From Alphaproteobacteria bacterium (GTDB lineage Bacteria; Pseudomonadota; Alphaproteobacteria; JAAXGF01): a stretch of 54,791 nucleotides of DNA. Of the stretch, positions 18,676-27,669 are shown one piece after another. Where the stretch lies: assembly GCA_046582565.1 (NCBI GenBank), contig JAYGED010000198.1, positions 1 to 54,791 on the forward strand. The letters run 5' to 3'. Made by a program: the position numbers and the translations under genes. Position 1 is the stretch's first letter. Every line of letters begins with the position of its first letter. The notes beneath the pieces are model-generated. The model worked only from the letters and a program-made list of their open reading frames with translations. It ran no database searches and was not told where the DNA came from.

Positions 18676-19686
18676 CTAACCGTGCCGCCCTTCGCGTCTG
18701 GCCAGCTTGAGCAATCCCGGCGCCGCCGCGAGGCTGAGCCTTGAGCCCAGGAACGGGCGCCAGCTCCGGGCCCAACCGGCCTGGCGGCAGGTCTTGGCCC
18801 AGAACACACCGAGGATCTGCGAGAACGCCGGTTCGGGATAGAGGCGGTTGGCCCGGTTGGCGTCGCGCAAGGCGGCCAGCCAGGTGCCGGCCCAGGCCAC
18901 ATAGGCGTCATCGGGGGTGAAACCGACCCGATGCATGCGGCGCAGCAGAAAATGCGCCTCGAGATCATCATCTGAAAACGCCACACCGAGGGCGTCCAGC
19001 TGAGTCCGATAGATACCGCAGCGCGTCTGCTTGACCAGATCGGCGCGCTGCTCGGTGACCCGCCCGCCGTGACGGCGGCAGCGCACCAGGCACTCGGGCA
19101 GGTTGGCGATCTTGTGGCTGGCAGCAAAGCGCGCCCACATTTCATAATCGCTGCCGACCACCATATGCTCGGCGTGGGGGAAGGCGCGCAGGCAGGCGGT
19201 GCGCGCCATGGCCGTCGAGTTGACTATACCGGGGCGGAACAACCGCTCGGCGGCGATGGTGTCGGCATCGGTGGCCAGGCGCTTGATCTTATGTTGCGCC
19301 CTGCCGTCGCTGTCCATCCAGGCAAGCCAGGAACCCACGGCGCCATGCTCGGGGTGCTGATCGAGAAAGGCCACCTGCTTGGCCAGGCGGTCGGCGCGGG
19401 CGATATCGTCGCTATCGAGAAAGGCGAGATACACACCGCGCGCGCGCGCCACCGCGGCATTACGGGTGGCGGCGATACCCAGATTGCGGCCGTTGCGGAT
19501 CAATCGGATACGCTCGTCATCATAGGCCAGCACGGCCTCGCAACTACCGTCGGACGAGCCATCATCGATGACCAGCAGTTCATAATCGGTGAAGCTCTGT
19601 GCGAGGATGCTGTCGATCGCCTCGCGGACATAAACCTCGCGGTTATAGTTCGGGATGACGACGCTGACTTTCGGGGTCTGGCTCAA
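18676..19686 (-). CDS. Family 2 glycosyltransferase
   Basis: VSVVIPNYNREVYVREAIDSILAQSF..LLVIDDGSSDGS..FLDSDD. Confidence 0.85.
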   Translation of the reverse strand: MSQTPKVSVVIPNYNREVYVREAIDSILAQSFTDYELLVIDDGSSDGSCEAVLAYDDERIRLIRNGRNLGIAATRNAAVARARGVYLAFLDSDDIARADRLAKQVAFLDQHPEHGAVGSWLAWMDSDGRAQHKIKRLATDADTIAAERLFRPGIVNSTAMARTACLRAFPHAEHMVVGSDYEMWARFAASHKIANLPECLVRCRRHGGRVTEQRADLVKQTRCGIYRTQLDALGVAFSDDDLEAHFLLRRMHRVGFTPDDAYVAWAGTWLAALRDANRANRLYPEPAFSQILGVFWAKTCRQAGWARSWRPFLGSRLSLAAAPGLLKLARREGRHG

Positions 19687-20417
19687 AGCGCCGCCGCGCG
19701 CCCCCCGATAAAGGACCCGCGCAAACGATTGACCAGCCGGCGGCGCAGGCCGAGCAAGCGATCCTCGACGACGATGATGAACACGCGCCGCAACTGGCCC
19801 TCGGGACAGTTCAGCTCGCGCACGCCGTGCCAGCTGTTGCCCTTGCGCGAAAATAGGAAACTGTGATTGCCCATGGTCTCGGCGCTGGTCACCTGGTCGA
19901 AATCCTCAAACCCCGGCGCCGAACCGCGTTTGAACCGGCCGCCGTCATCGAGCACCACGGTCTCGCCGCCCCAGGCCGGGTCCCAATCCGCATGATCGTT
20001 GAAATAGAAGATGTGGGAGCCGAGCTTGTCACGGGCGTCGCAATGGGGCGACACCGAACAGCCGCGCGGCGTGTAGTGCCAATGAGGCCGCAGACGAAAC
20101 ATGCCGCGCCCGAACATGCGTGCAATGAAGCGGCGATACTCGGGGCTTTCGAGCTCTGCGATGAAATCCCGCCAGCAGGCCGGCAAATCGAGACCGGAGC
20201 GGTATTCCAGGGTGTATCGGTCGTGGCTCGTCTGACCATGGGCGCGGGCCTTGCCGAAGACTTTTTCGAACTGGGCGATGTCGGGCATGTTTTCACTCAG
20301 GCGACGCTCACCCTCACCGCTCAACAGACCCTGGGGGTTGATCCAGGGATAGGGATGCTGGCCTTGAAATTCAGCCGCGTCGAGGCGGTCCAGCCGGTCG
20401 AAATCGAGATAGCTCAT
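19683..20417 (-). CDS. 2OG-Fe(II) oxygenase-fold protein
   Basis: HxD (SPHCDARD), distal His (NSWHGV) and a downstream Arg (LRRVFIIVV). ATGA overlap with the upstream gene. Confidence 0.55.
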   Translation of the reverse strand: MSYLDFDRLDRLDAAEFQGQHPYPWINPQGLLSGEGERRLSENMPDIAQFEKVFGKARAHGQTSHDRYTLEYRSGLDLPACWRDFIAELESPEYRRFIARMFGRGMFRLRPHWHYTPRGCSVSPHCDARDKLGSHIFYFNDHADWDPAWGGETVVLDDGGRFKRGSAPGFEDFDQVTSAETMGNHSFLFSRKGNSWHGVRELNCPEGQLRRVFIIVVEDRLLGLRRRLVNRLRGSFIGGRAAAL

Positions 20418-22711
20418 GGCGGGAAACCCCAAAGTGCTCGAATGTTGGCGGCGACCTCACTGCACTCGCGCAAGGGTTCCTGGTCGGCGATCGCCAGAGG
20501 CGCGCCGAAGGGATGGGCGAGGCCGCGGGCGATCAGGTCGGCGTGGAGAATATCCAAATTGCGCCGGGGCTGGACCAGGCCCCGGATGATCAACCGCGCG
20601 CAAAACCGTTGCAGGCCACGCTGGGGCCGCAGGGTGCCGCGCCGGTTGCGAAGGGTGGCATAGGCATAGCCGACGACCAGGTCTTCGACCCGTGTCCACA
20701 GGCCGGTCGGCTTTTCGGGCACGGGATAGATATAGACCGGCTTGCCGCAGGCGGCGGCCTCGGCAAGCATGGATTCACTCTCGCCGGTGACGATGATGAC
20801 GTCGGCAAGCGCCAGGGCCGCGAGAAAAGGATTGTTCTCACGTCCGTCGCGCCAGCGGTCGATGCGCGCCGCGCCGCCATCTTCCACGCCGAGACCTTCG
20901 CTGAGCGCGCGCGCCGCAGCCTCGCCGGTGCGCCGCGAGGTGACCGCGAAGACCGATCCGCCGGCCTGCTCGGCAAAGGCGCGCACGTCTCTGCCGATTC
21001 GCCGGGCCAGCTCGGGGCCGAGGCTGTGACGACGGCTCGAGCCGCCCATGAGCAGCGCCATGCGCGGCGCAGGCGCGCCTTCGAACAGGTCCGGCATTTG
21101 CGCGGCGGCGCCGGCCAGGCTTTCCGCCGAGACCCGATTGAGCGGCGCCGTGGTCTCGATACGGCGCGGGTGGGGCAGCAGGCGGAAATAATTGCAGGCG
21201 ATAACCGCGTCATAGACCTCGGCAATGCGACCGCCCTTGCGCCCGAGCTGGATGGTGCGGGTATGGCCCCGGCTTTGCTCGCCGATCCAGCGGGTCACCG
21301 GGGCCGGACGCCAGCCGGTGGCAATGGCGACATCGGGCCACGGGGCGCTGAGCCCGTCCGAGCGGGCGCGGTCGACGCCGAGCAGGGTGGCGCCCAGGCT
21401 AGAGCGCAGCACCGTGCCGAAGCCGGCGAGCGGCGTGAAGGCAAGCTTCTTGATTTCATAGGGCCAGCCCAAAGCCTCGGCCAGACCGACCGACTGGGTG
21501 GTGTGACCCGGCTTGCCGTCGTCGAGCACCCAGACGGTCTGAGGCGGACGGTTATCGCGACGAAAGACATCGCTGGGCCCCTGATCGATCACCAATCGCC
21601 AGCGCAGGCCCGCATGGCGCGCGCCGATAGCCTCGAACAGGCCATACCACCAGGACGGCTCGCGGCTCGACTTCGCGATGCGGGCGAGGATGAAACGCTC
21701 AGCCTTGGCGAACAGCGCCTCGACGATCCAGGCGATGTCGCTGTCGGGGAATTGATCGAGCCCGGCGCCGCAGATCACACCGTGGTAGGGCCCGCGCGGC
21801 GACGTATTACAGATGCAATATTCATGGATGGTTTCGGCCCCGGTCTCGGCGGTGAGTTCCTCCGCGTCACCATCCACCGTACTGCCAACCGTCGAAGGAT
21901 GGCGCGCCAGATCGATAAAGCGGGCGCTCGGATGGTCGAAATCGAACAGCTGGTAGCCGGCGGCATCGGCGCTACGCTCCAGATCGTGCCACACGGCGCC
22001 CACCGGATTGCGGAAATAGACGAAGCGCTGGGGCGACGGCCGCCAGGGCTGGGTGTGCAGGCCGGTGAAATGCAGCAGCTTGGAGACGCCGTCCCGATAC
22101 TCTCCATCGCGGGCATTCCACTCAGGGGCGAGCTGGCCGATCAGGCCGGGGACAGAGCTTGCGCGGCGGATCAGCCCGTTCTTGCGCCGCCGCTGCGCCG
22201 CCTCGAGCGGCCACAGGCTCGCCATGCGCGCGCAATCGATGAGCATCACCGACGTATCGATCTTGCCGCTCGGCGAGATCGAGAGCAGGCCGTGATCGCC
22301 CATCTCGGTGTCGAACAGTTCCGCCGGATCGGTGAGATAGACCTGATCCACGTCGTTATAGATCGCCCGCCCGGCGCCGCTGGCGAAATGGGGAATGGCG
22401 AAGCGGTAATTGGTGAAACCGGTGAGCCAGAACAGCCGCCGGAAATCGGCGAGATCGCTCATCAGATAAATCTCATAGACCCGCGAAGGGTCGCGGTGGC
22501 GCTCGATGGACCAGACGAACACCCGGGTTGCGCGGTAATGGGCCGGCTCGGTGCCGAGATAGATCCGCACCGGCGGCTTGGCGCTGGGTTCGACGCCAGG
22601 GCGCACGCCGAGCAGCACGCATTCCGGCGCAACCCGCACGCCGGGCGCCAACCCCGCCCGGTCAAGCCGCGGGGTCGCCAAATTTGCGCTTTCGCCTGTC
22701 AACACAGACAT
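20414..22711 (-). CDS. Multidomain glycosyltransferase: GT8-like N-terminus, linker domain, ELM1/DUF1022-like GT-B C-terminus
   Basis: N-terminus has the DxD-type motif IYNDVDQVY and LLHFTGLHTQPW. C-terminus (VWVLDDGKPGHTTQSVGLAEALG..ALLMGGSSRRH..IIVTGESESMLAEAAACGKPVYIY) resembles the ELM1-family proteins of alphaproteobacteria. Confidence 0.6.
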   Translation of the reverse strand: MSVLTGESANLATPRLDRAGLAPGVRVAPECVLLGVRPGVEPSAKPPVRIYLGTEPAHYRATRVFVWSIERHRDPSRVYEIYLMSDLADFRRLFWLTGFTNYRFAIPHFASGAGRAIYNDVDQVYLTDPAELFDTEMGDHGLLSISPSGKIDTSVMLIDCARMASLWPLEAAQRRRKNGLIRRASSVPGLIGQLAPEWNARDGEYRDGVSKLLHFTGLHTQPWRPSPQRFVYFRNPVGAVWHDLERSADAAGYQLFDFDHPSARFIDLARHPSTVGSTVDGDAEELTAETGAETIHEYCICNTSPRGPYHGVICGAGLDQFPDSDIAWIVEALFAKAERFILARIAKSSREPSWWYGLFEAIGARHAGLRWRLVIDQGPSDVFRRDNRPPQTVWVLDDGKPGHTTQSVGLAEALGWPYEIKKLAFTPLAGFGTVLRSSLGATLLGVDRARSDGLSAPWPDVAIATGWRPAPVTRWIGEQSRGHTRTIQLGRKGGRIAEVYDAVIACNYFRLLPHPRRIETTAPLNRVSAESLAGAAAQMPDLFEGAPAPRMALLMGGSSRRHSLGPELARRIGRDVRAFAEQAGGSVFAVTSRRTGEAAARALSEGLGVEDGGAARIDRWRDGRENNPFLAALALADVIIVTGESESMLAEAAACGKPVYIYPVPEKPTGLWTRVEDLVVGYAYATLRNRRGTLRPQRGLQRFCARLIIRGLVQPRRNLDILHADLIARGLAHPFGAPLAIADQEPLRECSEVAANIRALWGFPP

Positions 22712-22872
22712 GACAGCCCGTCACCTAATAATCATCCGCCTTGTTCCGCCGTTGTTACGTCAGGCGGCTGCCAAGGTCAAACCGCCATTCTACGCGGAGC
22801 GGGCGCGGCGGGATGCAACTTGGGTTAAGAACCGGCAATCTGGCGGACGGCGTCGCTGTCTAGAAAGATGAA

Positions 22873-22987
22873 AACCACAGAGACACAGAGACACAGAGAA
22901 GAAAGAGAGAGAAGAAGGATTGTTGGCGCTTCGCGCCTAAAACTTCCCCCCTTTCTTGCTCCTCTGTGTCTCTGTGCCTCTGTGGTT
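22873..22987. repeat. Nested-palindrome intergenic element B (same family as A)
   Basis: AACC-[CACAGAGA]x3 ... core TTGGCGCTTCGCGCCTAAAA (22923-22942) ... about 3 TCTCTGTG-like units-GGTT. Same core orientation as element A. Confidence 0.9.
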
Positions 22988-23004
22988 CAAACTGGCGATT
23001 GTTC

Positions 23005-23760
23005 CTAACGGGAGCGCAGGCGGCGGTCGAACAGGGCGAACAGGCGTTGCCAATGGCGCTCGGCGGCGGGTTTGTTGTAGGCCGGGCGCTGGGGGAAAGC
23101 GAAGCCATGGACGGTGCCGGGATAGAGTTCGATGCGGTGCGCCGCCCCCGATGCCTCCATGATGCCCGGCAGGCGGGCGAGCACTTCATCGGGCACATAG
23201 ATGTCCTCTTCGGCGAAGGCGAGATAGACCTCGCCCTTGATGGCGGCGGCGGTGAGATGGGGCGAATCATCCGCCTCGGTGACGATGCCGACGCCGTAAT
23301 AGGAGGCGATGGCGGCAAAATCATCGGCGAATGCGGCGCCGACGGCCATGACAAACTGGCCGCTCATGCAATAGCCGACGCAGCCGTGGGGTCCGGGCGT
23401 CGCCTGAGCATCAGCCTCGATAAAATCCAGCAGGGGCCTCGTGTCGGCAACCACAGCGGCGTTCGTGAGGCTGTTCATGGCGGCGAACATCTTTTGCAGC
23501 TCGCCGTCGTCCTCGCGGATACGCGCCAGATCGAAGCCGTAATCGCCTTCCCGGCCAAGCCGGTAATAGAGATTGGGCAGGGCGACATAATAGCCCACCG
23601 TGGCGATGCGCCGCGCCATGTCGCGCAGTTCCTCGCGAATGCCGGGGGCGTCCATATACAGGATCACGGCGGGATACGGTCCGCCCTCGTCGGGATGGCA
23701 GACGAACATATCCATCTCCCCATCGGCGGTCTTTATGGTTACCTCAGCTTCGCGCATCAC
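23005..23760 (-). CDS. Dienelactone hydrolase-family protein
   Basis: PAVILYMDAPGIREELRDMARRIATVGYYVALPNLYYR..GCVGYCMSG nucleophile elbow. Confidence 0.8.
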   Translation of the reverse strand: MMREAEVTIKTADGEMDMFVCHPDEGGPYPAVILYMDAPGIREELRDMARRIATVGYYVALPNLYYRLGREGDYGFDLARIREDDGELQKMFAAMNSLTNAAVVADTRPLLDFIEADAQATPGPHGCVGYCMSGQFVMAVGAAFADDFAAIASYYGVGIVTEADDSPHLTAAAIKGEVYLAFAEEDIYVPDEVLARLPGIMEASGAAHRIELYPGTVHGFAFPQRPAYNKPAAERHWQRLFALFDRRLRSR

Positions 23761-23882
23761 TCTCTCTCCTTCTGGCCAAATAGCATTCTACCTGCCCGGC
23801 GCTTCATCTCAATGGCTCTGGCGTTGACTTCGTGATAGGAGGCTTTGTCTGTTACGAAAACCCTGCGATCGAAGAGGAAACC

Positions 23883-24797
23883 ATGTCGCGCATCCTGCCG
23901 GCGCTGACCAACAATGCGCCTCTGCTTCTGGCGCTGACCGCCCTGTTCTGGGGCGGCAACGCCGTGGCGGGGAAATTCGCCGTCGGGCATATCTCGCCGT
24001 TGCTGCTCACGGCGGCGCGCTGGAGTCTGGCATCGGTGATCCTGATCGCGTTGGGACACAGACAGCTGCGCCGGGACTGGCCGCTGATCCGCCCCCGCCT
24101 GCCCTATCTCGTCGCCATGGGCGCCCTCGGCTTCGCCGTCTTCAACGGCCTGTTCTACACCTCCCTGCTCTACACCACGGCGATCAACGTCAGCATCATC
24201 CAGGCCGGCATGCCGATGTTCATCTTCATCTTGAGCTTTCTGATTTTCCGCGCCCGCACATCCCTGGCCCAGGCCGTGGGCTATTCCCTGACCCTCTGCG
24301 GCGTGACCGTGGCGGCGTTGCGCGGCGAATTCAGCGCGTTCTCGGATGTCCAGATCAACCGGGGCGATCTCATCATGCTCGTCGCCGCCTTCCTCTATGC
24401 CGGCTATACCGTGGCGCTGCATGCAAAACCGAAGATCCACTGGCTCAGCTTTCTCGCGGTTCTGATCACCTCGGCGGCCATGGCGGCGATCCCCTTAGCG
24501 CTTTACGAATCGACAACCGACGGCTTCATCTGGCCGGCCACGGTGACCGGCTGGTCGGTGGTCGCCTACACGGCGATCTTTCCCTCCATACTCTCCCAGG
24601 GCTTCTTTATTCGCGGCGTGGAATTGCTCGGCGGTAATAAATCGGCCCTGTTCCTCAATCTGGTGCCGATCTTCGGCTCCTTTCTGTCGGTTATGCTGCT
24701 GGGCGAGTCCTTCCGCCTGTTCCACGGCATCGCCCTCACCCTGGTGCTCGCCGGCATCATCCTCGCCCAGCGGCTCTCTAGAGCATCATCCGATTAG
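23883..24797 (+). CDS. EamA/DMT-superfamily transporter
   Basis: About 10 predicted TM helices. WGGNAVAGKFAVGHISP motif. GAGGAA lies upstream of ATG 23883. Confidence 0.8.
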   Translation: MSRILPALTNNAPLLLALTALFWGGNAVAGKFAVGHISPLLLTAARWSLASVILIALGHRQLRRDWPLIRPRLPYLVAMGALGFAVFNGLFYTSLLYTTAINVSIIQAGMPMFIFILSFLIFRARTSLAQAVGYSLTLCGVTVAALRGEFSAFSDVQINRGDLIMLVAAFLYAGYTVALHAKPKIHWLSFLAVLITSAAMAAIPLALYESTTDGFIWPATVTGWSVVAYTAIFPSILSQGFFIRGVELLGGNKSALFLNLVPIFGSFLSVMLLGESFRLFHGIALTLVLAGIILAQRLSRASSD

Positions 24798-24840
24798 ATT
24801 GAACAGGTTGGGTTCAAACTGATCGGGTAACCTTGCTCTA
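24779..24840. repeat. 62-bp palindromic element C (TAGAGCA...TTGAAC..GGTTCAAACT...TTGCTCTA)
   Basis: Inverted termini tagagca/tgctcta and inner dyad gattagattgaac/gttcaaactgatc. Contains both convergent stop codons (24795-24797 and 24838-24840). Confidence 0.85.
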
Positions 24841-25311
24841 GTAGCGAATCTCGACGGGAATGACGGTCGGCCCCAACAGGGCCTCGAACTTGGCTTCGTC
24901 GAAGGGTGGCGGGCCGAATAGCATCCCCGGGTTGTTGGAGACGCCGAAGCCCTCGGCGGGCAGGCCGATCCAGGTCTTGTCAAATTTTATGTTGGCGTTC
25001 TCGTCGTGATAGACGGCGACCGCATAGGTCCCCGGCTCCGGCGCGGTCAGGCAGACATCGACTGTGCCCTCCGCCACCGCCGGCTGGAAGGCCCTGCCAA
25101 TCCTCACCCTGCCTTTGAGGAAATTGGCCGGATCGTTGGGATAGAGCTCGGCGACCACATTGCCCATGCCGTTGCGCAGGTTGGATATGCGCACGACAAT
25201 ATCAGTGGGCGATTGGCCGCAGGCCGCCGCCATGGCGTCGGGACCGATGGTCATCGCCGCCAGGAACAGGACCAGGGCGGCGGCGCGGACGCTCTGAAAA
25301 TTATGCTGCAT
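24838..25311 (-). CDS. DUF2141-family secreted protein
   Basis: Signal peptide followed by NLRNGMGNVVAELY..VAVYHDENANIKFDKTWIGLPAEGFGVSNNP. Confidence 0.7.
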   Translation of the reverse strand: MQHNFQSVRAAALVLFLAAMTIGPDAMAAACGQSPTDIVVRISNLRNGMGNVVAELYPNDPANFLKGRVRIGRAFQPAVAEGTVDVCLTAPEPGTYAVAVYHDENANIKFDKTWIGLPAEGFGVSNNPGMLFGPPPFDEAKFEALLGPTVIPVEIRY

Positions 25312-25411
25312 GGGGTGAAACTCATCCAGCATGGGCTCAGGGTCAAGATATTTTTCCGCCTCGATCCTTGCTATAAGGCGCCATGAACCCTGAAACGCTG
25401 ATCAGCGGCAT

Positions 25412-26575
25412 ATGAGAATTTTCGGCCTTTATCTGCTGCGCCAGACGATCGTGCCACTGCTGGCGACCACCGCCATCGCCCTGGTCGCTCTGTTGCTCGA
25501 GCGTATGATTCGCTTGATGAATCTGACGGCGAATTCGGACATCTCGGTCTTTCAGGTGGTTGAGATGCTGGCCAACCTGATCCCCCATTATCTCGGCATC
25601 GCTTTGCCGGCGGCCTTCTTTATCGGCATCCTGCTCGCCTTCAACCGCATGAGCGGCGACAGCGAGCTGGTCGCCATCACCGCATCGGGGGCGTCCCTGC
25701 GCCGGCTGCTCTCACCGATCATGGGGCTCGCCCTGGCGCTGACTTTGCTGGCCCTGGCGATCTTCGGCTATCTGCAGCCTTACAGCCGCTATGGATACCG
25801 CTCCCTGGCCCATACCATCGGCCGCGCCGCCCTGACCTCGGCCCTGGAAGAAGGCGCCTTCATCGAAGCCGAGGGGCTGACCTTCATGGCCGAGCGCGTG
25901 TCCGCCGGGGGTCGTCACCTGACCCGGGTTTTCGTCTATGCGGAGAGCGACGACGGCGGCTCGATCACCACGACGGCCAAGAGCGGCGCCCTGGCGCCCT
26001 CGACGGAAGACAAGCGTTCGGTGCTGTATCTGGTCGACGGGGTGCAGGTAAATATAGCGGCGGGCGACCAGCAAGGCGGCCGGGTTCTCTCCTTCGATAA
26101 GCTGAGCCAGCCGATCGGCGACTCGATCTCGGTGTCGTTTCGCCCGCGCGGCAAGGACGCCGCGGAGATGACCCTGGATGAGCTTTTGGCGGCTCGCGAC
26201 GAGGGCGCGCTGTCTGGCGACGTGATCGCCGCTGAGTTCCACGGCCGCCTGGCCCGCGCCCTGACGGTGCTATTCCTGCCCCTGCTGGCCATCCCGTTGG
26301 GCCTGGGCGGCGGCCGGGCGCGGCGCGGCTACGGTATCGTGGTCGGGCTGGTGATTTTAGTGATCTATCAGAAGCTTCTCGAGTTCGGCGGCGCCTCTGC
26401 CTCGCTCGGATCGATTTCACCCTGGTTCGGGCTGTGGTTGCCCCTGGGCCTGTTCGGCGCGGGCAGCGTCGGGCTCTTCCTGATGACCGGCCCCAGCGGC
26501 CTGACCAACCCCATCGAGGGCCTCGTGGAACGGCTGGCGGCAGCGTGGCCCCGGCGCTGGGGAGCGCCCAGCTGA
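25412..26575 (+). CDS. lptF: LPS export ABC transporter permease LptF
   Basis: MRIFGLYLLRQTIVPLL.. YjgP/YjgQ-type permease with a periplasmic insert. Paired with lptG. Confidence 0.85.
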   Translation: MRIFGLYLLRQTIVPLLATTAIALVALLLERMIRLMNLTANSDISVFQVVEMLANLIPHYLGIALPAAFFIGILLAFNRMSGDSELVAITASGASLRRLLSPIMGLALALTLLALAIFGYLQPYSRYGYRSLAHTIGRAALTSALEEGAFIEAEGLTFMAERVSAGGRHLTRVFVYAESDDGGSITTTAKSGALAPSTEDKRSVLYLVDGVQVNIAAGDQQGGRVLSFDKLSQPIGDSISVSFRPRGKDAAEMTLDELLAARDEGALSGDVIAAEFHGRLARALTVLFLPLLAIPLGLGGGRARRGYGIVVGLVILVIYQKLLEFGGASASLGSISPWFGLWLPLGLFGAGSVGLFLMTGPSGLTNPIEGLVERLAAAWPRRWGAPS

Positions 26576-27666
26576 TGTCGGTTTTAATGGGCTATATGAG
26601 CCGCCTGTTCGCGGCCCGCTTCGCCCTCATCTTCGGCGGCCTCGTCCTGCTTGTGCTGTTGCTCGACGTAATGGCCCAGAGCAGCGAGATCATTGCCGGC
26701 GATGCGGGGATCATGGGCTTGTGGCGTTATAGCTGGCTGCGCCTGCCCCTGATCGCCTCCAGGCTGATCCCCTTTTCCGTTCTGATCGCGGCGCTTCTCA
26801 CCCTGATTTATCTTTCCCGCCACCAGGAGCTGGTGGTGATGACCGGAGCCGGGGTCTCGCAATTCAAGCTCCTCGCCATGTTCCTGCCTCTGGTGCTGGT
26901 CATTGTGATCGGCCATTTCTGGATCGACGACCGTGCGAGCCCGGCGTCGATCAAGGCGCTCGACGCCTGGGGGGTCGCCGGCTATTCGGCAAGCCGCCCA
27001 TCGGCCCAGGGCGCCGGCGGCGGCACCATACTCTGGGTACGCGCCGGCAATGACATCATCCGCCTGCGCCAGGATGGAACCATAGACGCCGACGATCACA
27101 ACCGGCTCGGCGCCTTGTCGATCTTTAGCCGGGATGCGGAAGGCAATTTAATCGAGCGCCTCGACGCGGCCTCGGCGATTAACGATTCCGGGGCCTGGAC
27201 CCTCTATGATGTGACCCAGTTCGATGTCGCCGCCAACCGCCTGTCAAAGGCAGCGAAAATGGCCTGGCCGGGCGACCTGCTGCCGTCGCAGATTTCCACC
27301 CTGTCGAGCCATCCCAAGGCGCTGCCGCTCAGCGCTGTCTGGCGCTTCGTCAGAGCGCCGGGCTACGGCAGCCGACCGCATTATGTCTATAAAACCTGGC
27401 TCAACCGCAAGCTCGCCGTGCCCCTAGCGAGCCTGATGATGATTCTCCTTGCGGTGCCCCTGACCCAGCGCTTCCAGCGTCATGGCGGCGCCGCCTCGAC
27501 CCTGGCCCTGGGCGTCGCCATCGGCTTTTGCTTTTTCGTCTTCGACGGCTTCACCCTGGCAGTCGGCGAATCCGGGTTGCTGCCGCCTTGGATTGCCGCC
27601 TGGTCGCCGACCCTGACCTTCGCCGCCATCGGCGCAGGACTCGGGTTTCATTGGGAGCGACGCTGA
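26575..27666 (+). CDS. lptG: LPS export ABC transporter permease LptG
   Basis: ATG 26575 overlaps the lptF TGA. YjgP/YjgQ-type topology. Confidence 0.85.
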   Translation: MSVLMGYMSRLFAARFALIFGGLVLLVLLLDVMAQSSEIIAGDAGIMGLWRYSWLRLPLIASRLIPFSVLIAALLTLIYLSRHQELVVMTGAGVSQFKLLAMFLPLVLVIVIGHFWIDDRASPASIKALDAWGVAGYSASRPSAQGAGGGTILWVRAGNDIIRLRQDGTIDADDHNRLGALSIFSRDAEGNLIERLDAASAINDSGAWTLYDVTQFDVAANRLSKAAKMAWPGDLLPSQISTLSSHPKALPLSAVWRFVRAPGYGSRPHYVYKTWLNRKLAVPLASLMMILLAVPLTQRFQRHGGAASTLALGVAIGFCFFVFDGFTLAVGESGLLPPWIAAWSPTLTFAAIGAGLGFHWERR

Positions 27667-27669
27667 GCC

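Noticed and set aside
20513-22828. 771-aa plus-strand ORF, the longest in the region
   Set aside because: It lies exactly antisense to the 765-aa glycosyltransferase gene. Its product is an Arg/Ala/Gly/Pro-rich string with no motifs, typical of shadow ORFs in high-GC DNA. The minus-strand product has clear GT8 and ELM1-like motifs.
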